DNA of 64,000 nucleotides. Origin: a virus. Under the pieces are notes generated by a model that saw nothing but the letters and a program-made list of their open reading frames with translations, was not told the DNA's origin and made no database searches. Shown here in pieces: positions 27,323 through 36,062 of this stretch (position 1 is the first letter of the stretch; every line of letters begins with the position of its first letter). The DNA is taken from the UHGV virus genome UHGV-0209088; one strand, given 5' to 3'. A program made the translations under genes and the position numbers.

Positions 27323-27820
27323 ATGACCGATAAGAAAGAGATCGAGGGCACGCCGGAACGCGCCGCCGACCGCGGGCGCGAGGTGGATCTCGGGTTCAGC
27401 ATGGACCCGCGCCCCTCTCTGGGTAATGCCGATGTTGTGCGCGAGCTGGTGTCGAAATTCGGCTCCGAAGTCGTGGCGGTCCGCCGTGACTACCTGGAAG
27501 ACAAGCTGACCGGGCCGGAGGCTCAGGCCCGCATCCGCGACCTGGCGCGCGATTACGGCGCCATTGTCATGGGGCGCGACGCAGACTATTTCTCGCTGCC
27601 ATGGAACAGCGAGGCCCGGCTTGGCCGCCGCATCAAGCTGGTTGTGCCGGCTGTCGAGGGCGTGAACGATCCCGGCGAGCTGCTGTTCCTGACCGTGGGA
27701 ACCTCCCTTTCGAGTCTGGCGGCAAGCCACGAAGCTGGCCGGGTGACCGATAAAGAGGCCGAGCACCATACCAAGGACATGCTCGAGGATACCGCCAATC
27801 TGATACTGGGGCTGCGCTGA
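27323..27820 (+). CDS. hypothetical protein (165 aa)
   Basis: RBS gagga before ATG. Confidence 0.6.
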   Translation: MTDKKEIEGTPERAADRGREVDLGFSMDPRPSLGNADVVRELVSKFGSEVVAVRRDYLEDKLTGPEAQARIRDLARDYGAIVMGRDADYFSLPWNSEARLGRRIKLVVPAVEGVNDPGELLFLTVGTSLSSLAASHEAGRVTDKEAEHHTKDMLEDTANLILGLR

Positions 27821-28590
27821 TGGACTTCCTGAAAGCTCACGTTAAGGGCTACTCTCGCCGGGACGGCACCTATGTCCCGCCGCACGAGCGCAAGGACGGG
27901 CCGGGTGCAGCACCGGAGAAACCGGTCTACCACCACCCGCGGCTGAGCGAGAACGGCCACAAGGTGCAGATCAAGAACCCGACGCACGCTTCATCCCACA
28001 CCACCTGGCACAACCCGAAGGCGGTGGCCACGTTCGTGCCGAACGGCGATGTGCCTGCCTCCCTCAACGGCGTCGCGCTGACCAGATGGAAGAACCCGCC
28101 TCGCACTCTGGAGGGCTGGGACTACGTGGACGGCGTGAACGATGACCTGCAGGAACCGCCGTTTCACCTGCCCGATGGCAAGCACGCGAGCTCAGGCGTC
28201 ATCATCGAAGAGCCTGACGGGCGCGTCTGGGTGATTTCCCCCACCAACCAGTTCGGCGGCTACGAGGCCACGTTCCCGAAAGGGACGGCGGAGCCGGAGC
28301 TGTCGCTGCAGGCCAACGCCATCAAAGAGGCGTTCGAAGAGTCCGGCCTGAAGGTGGAGATCACCGGCTTTATCGGGGATTTCGAGCGCACCACGTCGGT
28401 GGCGCGGATGTACAAGGCCCGACGCATCGGCGGGTCGCCGGTCCATATGGGCTGGGAAACCCAGGCGGTCCACCTCGTTCCCAAAGAACAAATGTACAAA
28501 TTACTCAATATGTGGCCGGATCATCCCATAGCTGAAAGTATTGGCGCTGGTAAAGCACCAGTAAAGCCAAGTAAAAAAATTGTGGAATGA
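27820..28590 (+). CDS. Nudix-hydrolase-like protein (256 aa)
   Basis: near-canonical Nudix box GTAEPELSLQANAIKEAFEESGL (Gx5Ex7REUxEExGU with K for R). Confidence 0.6.
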   Translation: MDFLKAHVKGYSRRDGTYVPPHERKDGPGAAPEKPVYHHPRLSENGHKVQIKNPTHASSHTTWHNPKAVATFVPNGDVPASLNGVALTRWKNPPRTLEGWDYVDGVNDDLQEPPFHLPDGKHASSGVIIEEPDGRVWVISPTNQFGGYEATFPKGTAEPELSLQANAIKEAFEESGLKVEITGFIGDFERTTSVARMYKARRIGGSPVHMGWETQAVHLVPKEQMYKLLNMWPDHPIAESIGAGKAPVKPSKKIVE

Positions 28591-28625
28591 TCTATTGTAA
28601 CCTTAATCATTTTTGAGTAAGCTAA

Positions 28626-28660
28626 CCCTCGTCAGGTAAACAACTAACGAGGGTTTTTTA
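28626..28660 (+). terminator. rho-independent terminator (ccctcgt...acgaggg + TTTTTTA)
   Basis: 7-bp stem, 14-nt loop, T-run. Confidence 0.65.
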
Positions 28661-28662
28661 TT

Positions 28663-29061
28663 ATGTGGATCATGCTGAACAATGCTTTCATTTCTGTAGT
28701 CGATAAAGCGCCGAACCCTGAACAGCTCGTGGTTCGTGCTCGTGTGGAAGGCCACATCGAGGCGGTATTCCCGCAGGCTGAGGTCATCCGTGATGCGTCC
28801 GGCGACTACCTGTTCCGGGCCTTCATTGACCGCCGTGTTGTGGCGGCTGCGATGCAGCGCGCGGTAATGGACATCGACTACCCGAACTTCAAAAACAGCA
28901 TCAAAGACGACCGCTACCACGATGCCTGTTCCAGCGTCTGGGGTGTGATGTCACGGTTGCAGCCGGTTCGCCCGTACTCCGGTCGTCCATCCCGCAACTA
29001 TGACCTGTTTGGCGCTGGCGGCGCTGGCAAAACTTCAACCCGCGCGAAAAAGGCTCGCTAA
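28663..29061 (+). CDS. hypothetical protein (132 aa)
   Basis: ORF right after terminator. Confidence 0.55.
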   Translation: MWIMLNNAFISVVDKAPNPEQLVVRARVEGHIEAVFPQAEVIRDASGDYLFRAFIDRRVVAAAMQRAVMDIDYPNFKNSIKDDRYHDACSSVWGVMSRLQPVRPYSGRPSRNYDLFGAGGAGKTSTRAKKAR

Positions 29062-30809
29062 TGAACGCTGTAGTCCAGAACCTGCACGGCGAGCTGGTCG
29101 ATGGCATGGAGTTCTTCGCTCCGGCCTCGACCGACCTGCTGGACAGCCTGCTGGGGCAGTACAAGCAGCTCCGGGCCGACATCGAAATGATGGCAGGGCT
29201 GGTAACCACTCACCACGCGTCAGTTTACCATTTCCTGAACGGGAACAGAGGCGACCGCGACCGCACCCATCGTAGCGTGGCGGAGATCTTCAAGCTGGAA
29301 GGTGCCATCGGCAGCCTGAACGCTGAGTTCTGGTCGAAGGCGCTCAAATTGACCGACGTGTACGAGTACATGCCCAACAACCGGCGCGAAGAGTGGAACG
29401 AGCAGATCCGCAACCCGCTGGGGGTGAAAGCTCCGCGCATCAGCGATTACGATTTACGCCATGGCGTAGAGCAGAAGGAATGGACAGTCGCCCCTCTGCC
29501 AGATTTCGAGGAAGAGGCGGTGCGTCCTACTATCATGGCGCTGCTCAATGCGCGCCAGCAGTTCTTCTCTGAGCGCGTTGACGGGATTTTCCGCGCGCTG
29601 TCCGGCGAGCATGTGACGAACCGCCCTGAAGGCTTCGGGAAGCGCATGATCCTCGCCCGCGTCTTCAACGAGTGGGGCAGCACAGACTACAAAATGGCTG
29701 GCTACATTCACGATTTGCGCATCGTGATCGCCAAGTTCATGGGCCGCGACGAGCCAAATGGGTGGGCACCGACCGACGCCGCTCTGCTGGCAGCACGTCG
29801 CCGCCCTGGCGAGTGGTTAACGATTGACGGCGGCGCGCTGCGCATTCGTGGCTATCTGAAGGGTACGGCGCATCTGGAAGTTCACCCAGAAATGGCTTGG
29901 CGTCTTAACTGCATTCTGGCGCAGCTCTACCCGCTGGCGATCCCGCCGCAGTTCCGCCAGAAGCCGAAGCGCAAGCTCAAAGACTTTGTGATGATGGGCA
30001 AGCCGTTGCCGTTCGCGGTGCTGGGAGTGCTCGCAGGGATGAAGGCCGAGAAGCATACGCCATGGCGTGCTGATCGCTGGGAAGAACCACGCCAGCCTCT
30101 CACCACTAACCCGTTCAACCGTCGATTTGAATGGCGTGATGAGGGTAAGGCCGTCCTTTCTCAGGCTGAAAAGGTGCTGGAGAGTATCGGCGGCGTGAAG
30201 GTGATGGCCGGGCCGAAACAGAATATCGCGATCTGGGAGTTCGACTATGAGCCGGGCAGCGTTCTGGACGAGATTATCGCGTCTGGCTGCATACCAGACC
30301 ATCAATCGCACCAGTATTACCCGACGCCTGATGGTCTGGCGGAACTGGCCGAGAGCATTCTCGAAATCGGCCCCGAGCATAAGTGTCTGGAGCCGAGCGC
30401 AGGGCAGGGCGGTCTGGCGAAGTACATGCCAGCCGAGCGCACGACCTGCGTGGAGATCTCCAAGCTGCATTGCAAGGTGCTGGAGGCGAAGGGCTTCAAC
30501 GTGCAGCAGGCAGATTTCATCGCGTGGGCGGATACCGTCAAATACCCGATCTTCGATCGCGTTCTGATGAACCCGCCGTTCTCCGAAGGCCGGGCAAAGG
30601 CTCACGTAGAGGCCGCTGCCTCGCTGGTGAAGAAGGGTGGCCGTCTTGTGGCGATCCTGCCGTCAGGGATACGCAATACCGATATCCTGCCGGGCTGGGA
30701 TGTGAGCTGGACGCAGGTATTTGATAATGAATTCGGCGGCACGTCCGTCTCGGTGGTCATCCTGAAGGCTGACCGTAAAGCAGATAACCGGAAGGCTTCG
30801 GCCCTCTAA
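29061..30809 (+). CDS. gamma-class N6-adenine DNA methyltransferase with ~400-aa N-terminal domain of unknown function (582 aa)
   Basis: LEPSAGQGGLAKY (motif I) followed by LMNPPFSEG (motif IV) in C-terminal third; TAATG coupling. Confidence 0.75.
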   Translation: MNAVVQNLHGELVDGMEFFAPASTDLLDSLLGQYKQLRADIEMMAGLVTTHHASVYHFLNGNRGDRDRTHRSVAEIFKLEGAIGSLNAEFWSKALKLTDVYEYMPNNRREEWNEQIRNPLGVKAPRISDYDLRHGVEQKEWTVAPLPDFEEEAVRPTIMALLNARQQFFSERVDGIFRALSGEHVTNRPEGFGKRMILARVFNEWGSTDYKMAGYIHDLRIVIAKFMGRDEPNGWAPTDAALLAARRRPGEWLTIDGGALRIRGYLKGTAHLEVHPEMAWRLNCILAQLYPLAIPPQFRQKPKRKLKDFVMMGKPLPFAVLGVLAGMKAEKHTPWRADRWEEPRQPLTTNPFNRRFEWRDEGKAVLSQAEKVLESIGGVKVMAGPKQNIAIWEFDYEPGSVLDEIIASGCIPDHQSHQYYPTPDGLAELAESILEIGPEHKCLEPSAGQGGLAKYMPAERTTCVEISKLHCKVLEAKGFNVQQADFIAWADTVKYPIFDRVLMNPPFSEGRAKAHVEAAASLVKKGGRLVAILPSGIRNTDILPGWDVSWTQVFDNEFGGTSVSVVILKADRKADNRKASAL

Positions 30810-30818
30810 GGAATATGT

Positions 30819-31220
30819 GTGAACAATGAAGAACTGGCAGCGCAGGTTTCTGCGCTGCACATCCAGCCGGGCACAGTGGTGGTTCTGAGCCTGAATCTGG
30901 ACGCTGATAATTTCGAAGCGGCCAAAGCCATGGCGGAGCAACTGCGCATGGCTATCCCAGAACAAAACAAACTCCTTGTGCTCCAGCGCCCGGCAGAAAT
31001 TCAGGCGCTGGATGAAGCACAGATGCGCGAGCTGGGGTGGGTGCGCTGGGAGAAGGTAGAGCCGCTGATCGGGTGCGCTGAGCTGCTGGCTGACAATCTT
31101 CGCCGCGACGCCGAGAACGTGTCTGATGACATGGAAGCGGCTGGAATGGAGCGCCACGCCGATAACATTGATGCTCTGGTGCGTCAGGTCAAAGGCACCC
31201 AGCCGGAGCTGCCGCTATGA
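30819..31220 (+). CDS. hypothetical acidic protein (133 aa, GTG start)
   Basis: RBS aagga 6 nt before GTG. Confidence 0.5.
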   Translation: MNNEELAAQVSALHIQPGTVVVLSLNLDADNFEAAKAMAEQLRMAIPEQNKLLVLQRPAEIQALDEAQMRELGWVRWEKVEPLIGCAELLADNLRRDAENVSDDMEAAGMERHADNIDALVRQVKGTQPELPL

Positions 31221-31480
31221 GCAAATACGACCGCACCATCATTGGCCGCGATGCCAGAGGCAATCCGGTAGCCGTCACGGTCGATGTCTACCGCGTTCTG
31301 GACGCGTTCGATGTAACCGACCCGGCATTGCAGCACCTCGCGAAGAAAGCGCTGTGCGCTGGCCTGCGCGGGCATAAAGACCTGGGTCAGGATCTCAAAG
31401 ACATCCTGCTGTCTGCTCAGAAGGCACTCGCTTTGCACCTCGACAAGCAGGAGCTGGTGGAGGTGCCCCATGGGGACTAA
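31217..31480 (+). CDS. hypothetical protein (87 aa)
   Basis: ATGA-coupled. Confidence 0.5.
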   Translation: MSKYDRTIIGRDARGNPVAVTVDVYRVLDAFDVTDPALQHLAKKALCAGLRGHKDLGQDLKDILLSAQKALALHLDKQELVEVPHGD

Positions 31481-31736
31481 AACCATCTGGGACGGCGAGC
31501 AGCTGCCGCCGACAGGCTGCGAGGTGCTGATCCACCTGGCGAGCGTGGACAAGTGGGTGCCGTATACCGTGGAAGGCTTCACTATCAAGAAGCAGCCCGA
31601 GGGTTACGACCAGTACACGATCCATGTCACCGTCTATCGGACAGAAGGCGGCAAGAAGATCACCAATTGCCGCCTGCTGGGGGATATTCGCCCGGTGGAC
31701 TGGCGGGAAGGGGAAGGGATCAGCTCCCAAGGCTGA
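31470..31736 (+). CDS. hypothetical protein (88 aa)
   Basis: RBS ggagg. Confidence 0.5.
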   Translation: MGTKTIWDGEQLPPTGCEVLIHLASVDKWVPYTVEGFTIKKQPEGYDQYTIHVTVYRTEGGKKITNCRLLGDIRPVDWREGEGISSQG

Positions 31737-31792
31737 ATCTGCGCACGAAATCCGCCAGTGCTTTCAATGGCTGGCGGCACAAATCCACGAGA

Positions 31793-31811
31793 TAGGGCGC
31801 TCATAGGGCGC
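31793..31811 (+). promoter_or_regulatory. tandem direct repeat TAGGGCGCTCATAGGGCGC (copy F)
   Basis: preceded by ccgccag...ctggcgg hairpin; ends 11 nt before ATG 31823. Confidence 0.5.
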
Positions 31812-31822
31812 AGGAGAAAGGA

Positions 31823-32224
31823 ATGAGCAATTTTAGAGGTGAAAAATTAAACCCCCTGGAAGTGATAAAGCAACAGATTGGTATTACTTGCGACCATATC
31901 ACTTATGACCCGACACTGAGAAAATCAAAATCCCAGTACCAGAGAATCCGCCAGTGCTCACATGACGGAACGATGATCTTCACATGCGAATTGCTGGCAG
32001 ATACCCTGCTGGACCTCATAAATATGCGGTCGTATGCCAAGAACTTCCCACCAGAAGAAGGAAAAACGGTTGTGGGAATCAAGTACACGGTAGGTTCTCT
32101 TTGGCTTAGCACTGTTTGGGGAACGGTAGAATTACCAGCGGGAACATACCCCGGGCAATGCCAGCGCACCAGAATGTCTGTTGTCTGCGAATACATTTAC
32201 GCAGAAGCACCGCAGCCGGAATAA
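31823..32224 (+). CDS. hypothetical protein (133 aa)
   Basis: RBS aggagaaagga. Confidence 0.55.
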   Translation: MSNFRGEKLNPLEVIKQQIGITCDHITYDPTLRKSKSQYQRIRQCSHDGTMIFTCELLADTLLDLINMRSYAKNFPPEEGKTVVGIKYTVGSLWLSTVWGTVELPAGTYPGQCQRTRMSVVCEYIYAEAPQPE

Positions 32225-32229
32225 CGCTT

Positions 32230-32460
32230 ATGACCCCGCAGGTCGAAAACGCCCTACGCTCTGTGGCAAGGGAATGCCGCAAAGCCGTGCTGGAGGCCAT
32301 CGAGGATAAGCCAAAGGCGCAGCACGACGCCATAACTACCGCGCTGCTGGACCAGTACGCCACGCGCATCAAATCCCTACCGCCTGGCACATTCTCTGCG
32401 AAGCTCTGGCTGGTCTACTACATCCGCCTCATCGATAAGGAAGCACGGGGTAAGTCGTGA
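32230..32460 (+). CDS. hypothetical small protein (76 aa)
   Basis: internal ATG of track ORF; weak RBS. Confidence 0.35.
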   Translation: MTPQVENALRSVARECRKAVLEAIEDKPKAQHDAITTALLDQYATRIKSLPPGTFSAKLWLVYYIRLIDKEARGKS

Positions 32461-32497
32461 CAGCACAATGGCGTAAATTTCTGAGGACTTTTACGCC

Positions 32498-35400
32498 ATG
32501 GCTATTACTGACGAACGCACACCCCAATTTAACCTTCCGCTTCCCGTCAAAACTAACGCGCTGAAGGATGACGTTGAGCGTTTACGAGAAGGGCTTATCC
32601 TCCTCGATCAGCTGATCGTATCCGCAACCAAATTATCTTCGGAAGGTGGTTCTGAGTTTATTTTTGGCTTGGGGAACATAATCGGGACAACCAGCGAGAT
32701 CCTGGCATCCACTAAAAATCCTCAAGCATACCAGACGAACGGGTTCTACGCGCAGAACGACGGTGGTGAAGGTGTCTGGAAATTCACCGGTAATACTGAT
32801 GCGTCTAAGGCTGGAACCCACGCCATTACCAAGGGCATGGTCTATAACGCCAATGGTAATGAGTATGCGCTTGATATCAGCTCCGGCAAAGTCAGCGTTC
32901 TGGCTAACGGTGCCAAAGCGTATACTTACGCGCAATGCGTCGACCAAACGACCGACAACTTTGTTTGCGTAGGTCAAGCCCATAATGGCATCACTTCGCT
33001 TCTGCCCCCAGCTGTCTCTACCTCGAACAACGTAGCGACCTATCAAGGTGGAAAGCGCCTTTCTATTACGTGCCCGTCAAACATCTGGCGTATCGGTAAG
33101 GAGCACATCAAGCTGGTATCCGGTGTTGACTACCGCTGGGATGGCGCTCGCTTCATGGTATACGCAGGCTTGTCGTATACTTACGCCGCTACCGGGAAGA
33201 AACTGAACGGCGCGTGCCATGGGTACGACGAGATCAAGGAAAAATGGGAAGCCGTAGGTAGGCAGAGTTATTGGGGATCGGTAAGCGCGCAGAACATCAA
33301 TATTTACGGCGGCATCTTCTACGGTGATCACGCCATTAACAAGCAAGCTAATGATTGCTCTGCCGGTGTCGCTATCCTTGTGCTTAACCCTGAATACGTG
33401 AACCTATACGGAGTTTACACCCGCGGGTTCACTTGGGATGCTGTCGGTATTCCAGCTCAGCTGGCGGAAACCAACTACAAAACCGTTTATGGGAACAAGT
33501 TTGACGATAACGAAAAAGACTATCGTTATGTCCTTGATTACATGGTTGAAGCAGGCGTAACCAGCCGCTTTGGCAACTTCTATGGCTTCAACTGCACCAA
33601 CTGCCAGTTCTCTGGTGGCCGCCGCGGTACTTACCGCAACGGTTCTGACTGGTCGCACTTCACTGGCGGCAAGATCACCCAGGAACTCGCATGGCAAACT
33701 CCGGGTAACGTGTCTGGCGATGTCCCTCAGTACATTGGCGTCATCACTGGGACCGGCTTCCATTGTTCTGGGGCTTATACATCTCCTGCTGCAGCGAAGG
33801 GGTATAACCCTTCAGAGAGCGTCTTCTATACCAGCGCAAGAAACCATGTGTTCACAGGTCTCTATACCGAATGGGCCTATAACCTGTTCACGATTTCAGC
33901 CTTTACATTTGTCGGTGCGGCATCTCGATTGCAGAGTCTGCATATCGACTGCGTAAGCACGTACAAAGATGATTTCATGAACTACAATCAGGTCAAGTTT
34001 GAGCAAGGCTGCTTCGGGACCGTTGATGATGCTGGTAACTACATTTATCCAGCAGGATTCGCACATTTTGACCTACCGAACGGTGCTACTTGCTGGTCGT
34101 GGGGAACGCCGGTTCGTGATTTAGGGGCTTTCCGCCACGGAGGCTTCGATACCAAGTTTGGCCCGTACAATATGTACATGACTGCCGGAACTGACTGGGA
34201 GTCATGGCGCGACCGTCCGTATGCGAAAGAAATGTTTAACGCTTACGGTCTTCAGATCAACAGCGGCACCGTTTTCCTGCCGTGGCAGACGCCAGCTATC
34301 AAGTCCATGGCTTGTATCTGGATTAAAGACCTGACCGGTAATTTTGACCCACGAAATGTTGTGGCCTGGCAGACAGCAGCAAGCCAGGATGGTAGCAACA
34401 GCGACGAAGCGCTGTACAAATCGTTCGGCGAGAAGATGTTCGATTATGGCAACGGCTACAAGATGATCATGGTCGCTCAGAAACGCCTGAGCGCACATGA
34501 CGGCCTTTATTCTTATGCCCGTAACCCGAACATCGTCATTACCGTTCCGCCTGAGACGCCAATCGTAATTAAAGCTGTTGAAGCCTATACTGGCGGTGTA
34601 CCGATGTTCCCGAACGGTTGCGCCAACTACGAGCCTGAATCTCCATGCACCAGCGTCCTGAGCACTGTCTCTAACCAGGTAGGTCAGGACAGCAGCCTTG
34701 GCGGTGGATTGTTCGTAAACGGCGACGTAATTGCTCCGTGGGTTCATAAACGTCGCACTCAGACCGGGTATCGGATCACTCCTAGCCTTACAGCGGGATA
34801 TGGCGTGACCAAACGCATGGTAACTGGCGGCGTGACGCTTGAGAGTGCTTATAAAGTCGCTTTCAGCGCGACCATCGACTCGGTGGATAGCACCAAAGGT
34901 CTGACTACAATAACTGTTCCGTCAGCTCAGCTGCCGTATGTTGCTGTTGGTATTCCGCTATATGTCACCGGTGGTTCAAGTACCAGCACGACGGGACAGG
35001 TTCATCTGCTGAAACGCTTGATGAATGCCGATGGAACTGCGACCGCAAAATATGTCGTAATGGGCGTCATTGGCGCCGCAGGCGATACGCTGACGATTGA
35101 TCAGGCTCAGCTACCAGCTTACAGCTTCTATTCCGACTACAGCGTGAATACCCTGACTGCGACATCGGTCACGATCAACGGTGTTGGGACTGCGAATGCC
35201 TTCCGTGGCACCGCCTCTCTGGGTATAGGGTACAATGCCCCAGCCGGGGTCAAGCCTCTTGAGTTCTTCTTTAATGGGGGAACCACTCCGTCGCACCGAC
35301 TGGTTGCATCCTCTGCGTCTGGGATGGTGTTAGAAGCTGGGGGAAACTTCTCGGTCGTCGGTCACATTTTCCCCAGCGCAGATAATACCTACTCACTCGG

Positions 35401-35971
35401 TCTTGTCACTAACCGTGCTACACAGGTTTTTGCGACGAACAGTACCATTGCTACGTCCAATAAGAAGAAGAAGAGAGGCATTCGGCAGGCAGATGACGCT
35501 GAAAACAACGCCTTCTATGAAATTGGGCAACTTGATTCCGTATGGCAATGGCTGGAGAAATACGAGGCCGAGGGCGATGATGCTCGCCTGCATAGCGGGC
35601 CAACCGTACAGGACGCCATTGAAATTATGGATAAGTACGGACTGGATTGGACGCAGTATTCAGCATTCTGTTACGACAAATGGGATGCGCGGGATGCCGT
35701 CATCGAAACGTGGGACGCGGAATATGAAACCATTCCGGGGACCGATGCGGAGTATAATGAGGCAGGAGAACTCACTGCTGAGGCGGTTCCTGAAGTCAAG
35801 GTACTGGTACGTGAAGCTGGGAGTAAAGTAGTCGAAGCGGCAAGGGAAGCTGGCGAAGATTACGCATTCAGGAAAGAGGAATTACTTTTCTGGATTAGCC
35901 GTGCAACCATCGCGAAACAAACCGAGATCGAGGAGCGTCTCGCAGCTCTGGAAGCGAAACTCTCGTCATAA
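32498..35971 (+). CDS. tailspike / tail fiber protein with parallel beta-helix and C-terminal intramolecular chaperone (peptidase S74-like) domain (1157 aa); possible capsule depolymerase
   Basis: pectate-lyase-like NxTNCxF repeats; C-terminal PSADNTYSLG...ATNSTIATSNKKKK matches the P.DN.YSLG...TSDxRxK S74 chaperone start. Confidence 0.6.
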   Translation: MAITDERTPQFNLPLPVKTNALKDDVERLREGLILLDQLIVSATKLSSEGGSEFIFGLGNIIGTTSEILASTKNPQAYQTNGFYAQNDGGEGVWKFTGNTDASKAGTHAITKGMVYNANGNEYALDISSGKVSVLANGAKAYTYAQCVDQTTDNFVCVGQAHNGITSLLPPAVSTSNNVATYQGGKRLSITCPSNIWRIGKEHIKLVSGVDYRWDGARFMVYAGLSYTYAATGKKLNGACHGYDEIKEKWEAVGRQSYWGSVSAQNINIYGGIFYGDHAINKQANDCSAGVAILVLNPEYVNLYGVYTRGFTWDAVGIPAQLAETNYKTVYGNKFDDNEKDYRYVLDYMVEAGVTSRFGNFYGFNCTNCQFSGGRRGTYRNGSDWSHFTGGKITQELAWQTPGNVSGDVPQYIGVITGTGFHCSGAYTSPAAAKGYNPSESVFYTSARNHVFTGLYTEWAYNLFTISAFTFVGAASRLQSLHIDCVSTYKDDFMNYNQVKFEQGCFGTVDDAGNYIYPAGFAHFDLPNGATCWSWGTPVRDLGAFRHGGFDTKFGPYNMYMTAGTDWESWRDRPYAKEMFNAYGLQINSGTVFLPWQTPAIKSMACIWIKDLTGNFDPRNVVAWQTAASQDGSNSDEALYKSFGEKMFDYGNGYKMIMVAQKRLSAHDGLYSYARNPNIVITVPPETPIVIKAVEAYTGGVPMFPNGCANYEPESPCTSVLSTVSNQVGQDSSLGGGLFVNGDVIAPWVHKRRTQTGYRITPSLTAGYGVTKRMVTGGVTLESAYKVAFSATIDSVDSTKGLTTITVPSAQLPYVAVGIPLYVTGGSSTSTTGQVHLLKRLMNADGTATAKYVVMGVIGAAGDTLTIDQAQLPAYSFYSDYSVNTLTATSVTINGVGTANAFRGTASLGIGYNAPAGVKPLEFFFNGGTTPSHRLVASSASGMVLEAGGNFSVVGHIFPSADNTYSLGLVTNRATQVFATNSTIATSNKKKKRGIRQADDAENNAFYEIGQLDSVWQWLEKYEAEGDDARLHSGPTVQDAIEIMDKYGLDWTQYSAFCYDKWDARDAVIETWDAEYETIPGTDAEYNEAGELTAEAVPEVKVLVREAGSKVVEAAREAGEDYAFRKEELLFWISRATIAKQTEIEERLAALEAKLSS

Positions 35972-35989
35972 TCAGGTAATGGCGTTTTG

Positions 35990-36016
35990 GACCCCGCTTC
36001 GGCGGGGTTCTTTCTG
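35990..36016 (+). terminator. rho-independent terminator (accccgcttcggcggggt + TCTTTCT)
   Basis: GNRA-like tetraloop hairpin. Confidence 0.6.
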
Positions 36017-36062
36017 GTAGAATACCAGCATCTTTCTGGTGTCGTGAGCCAACACTCATTCT

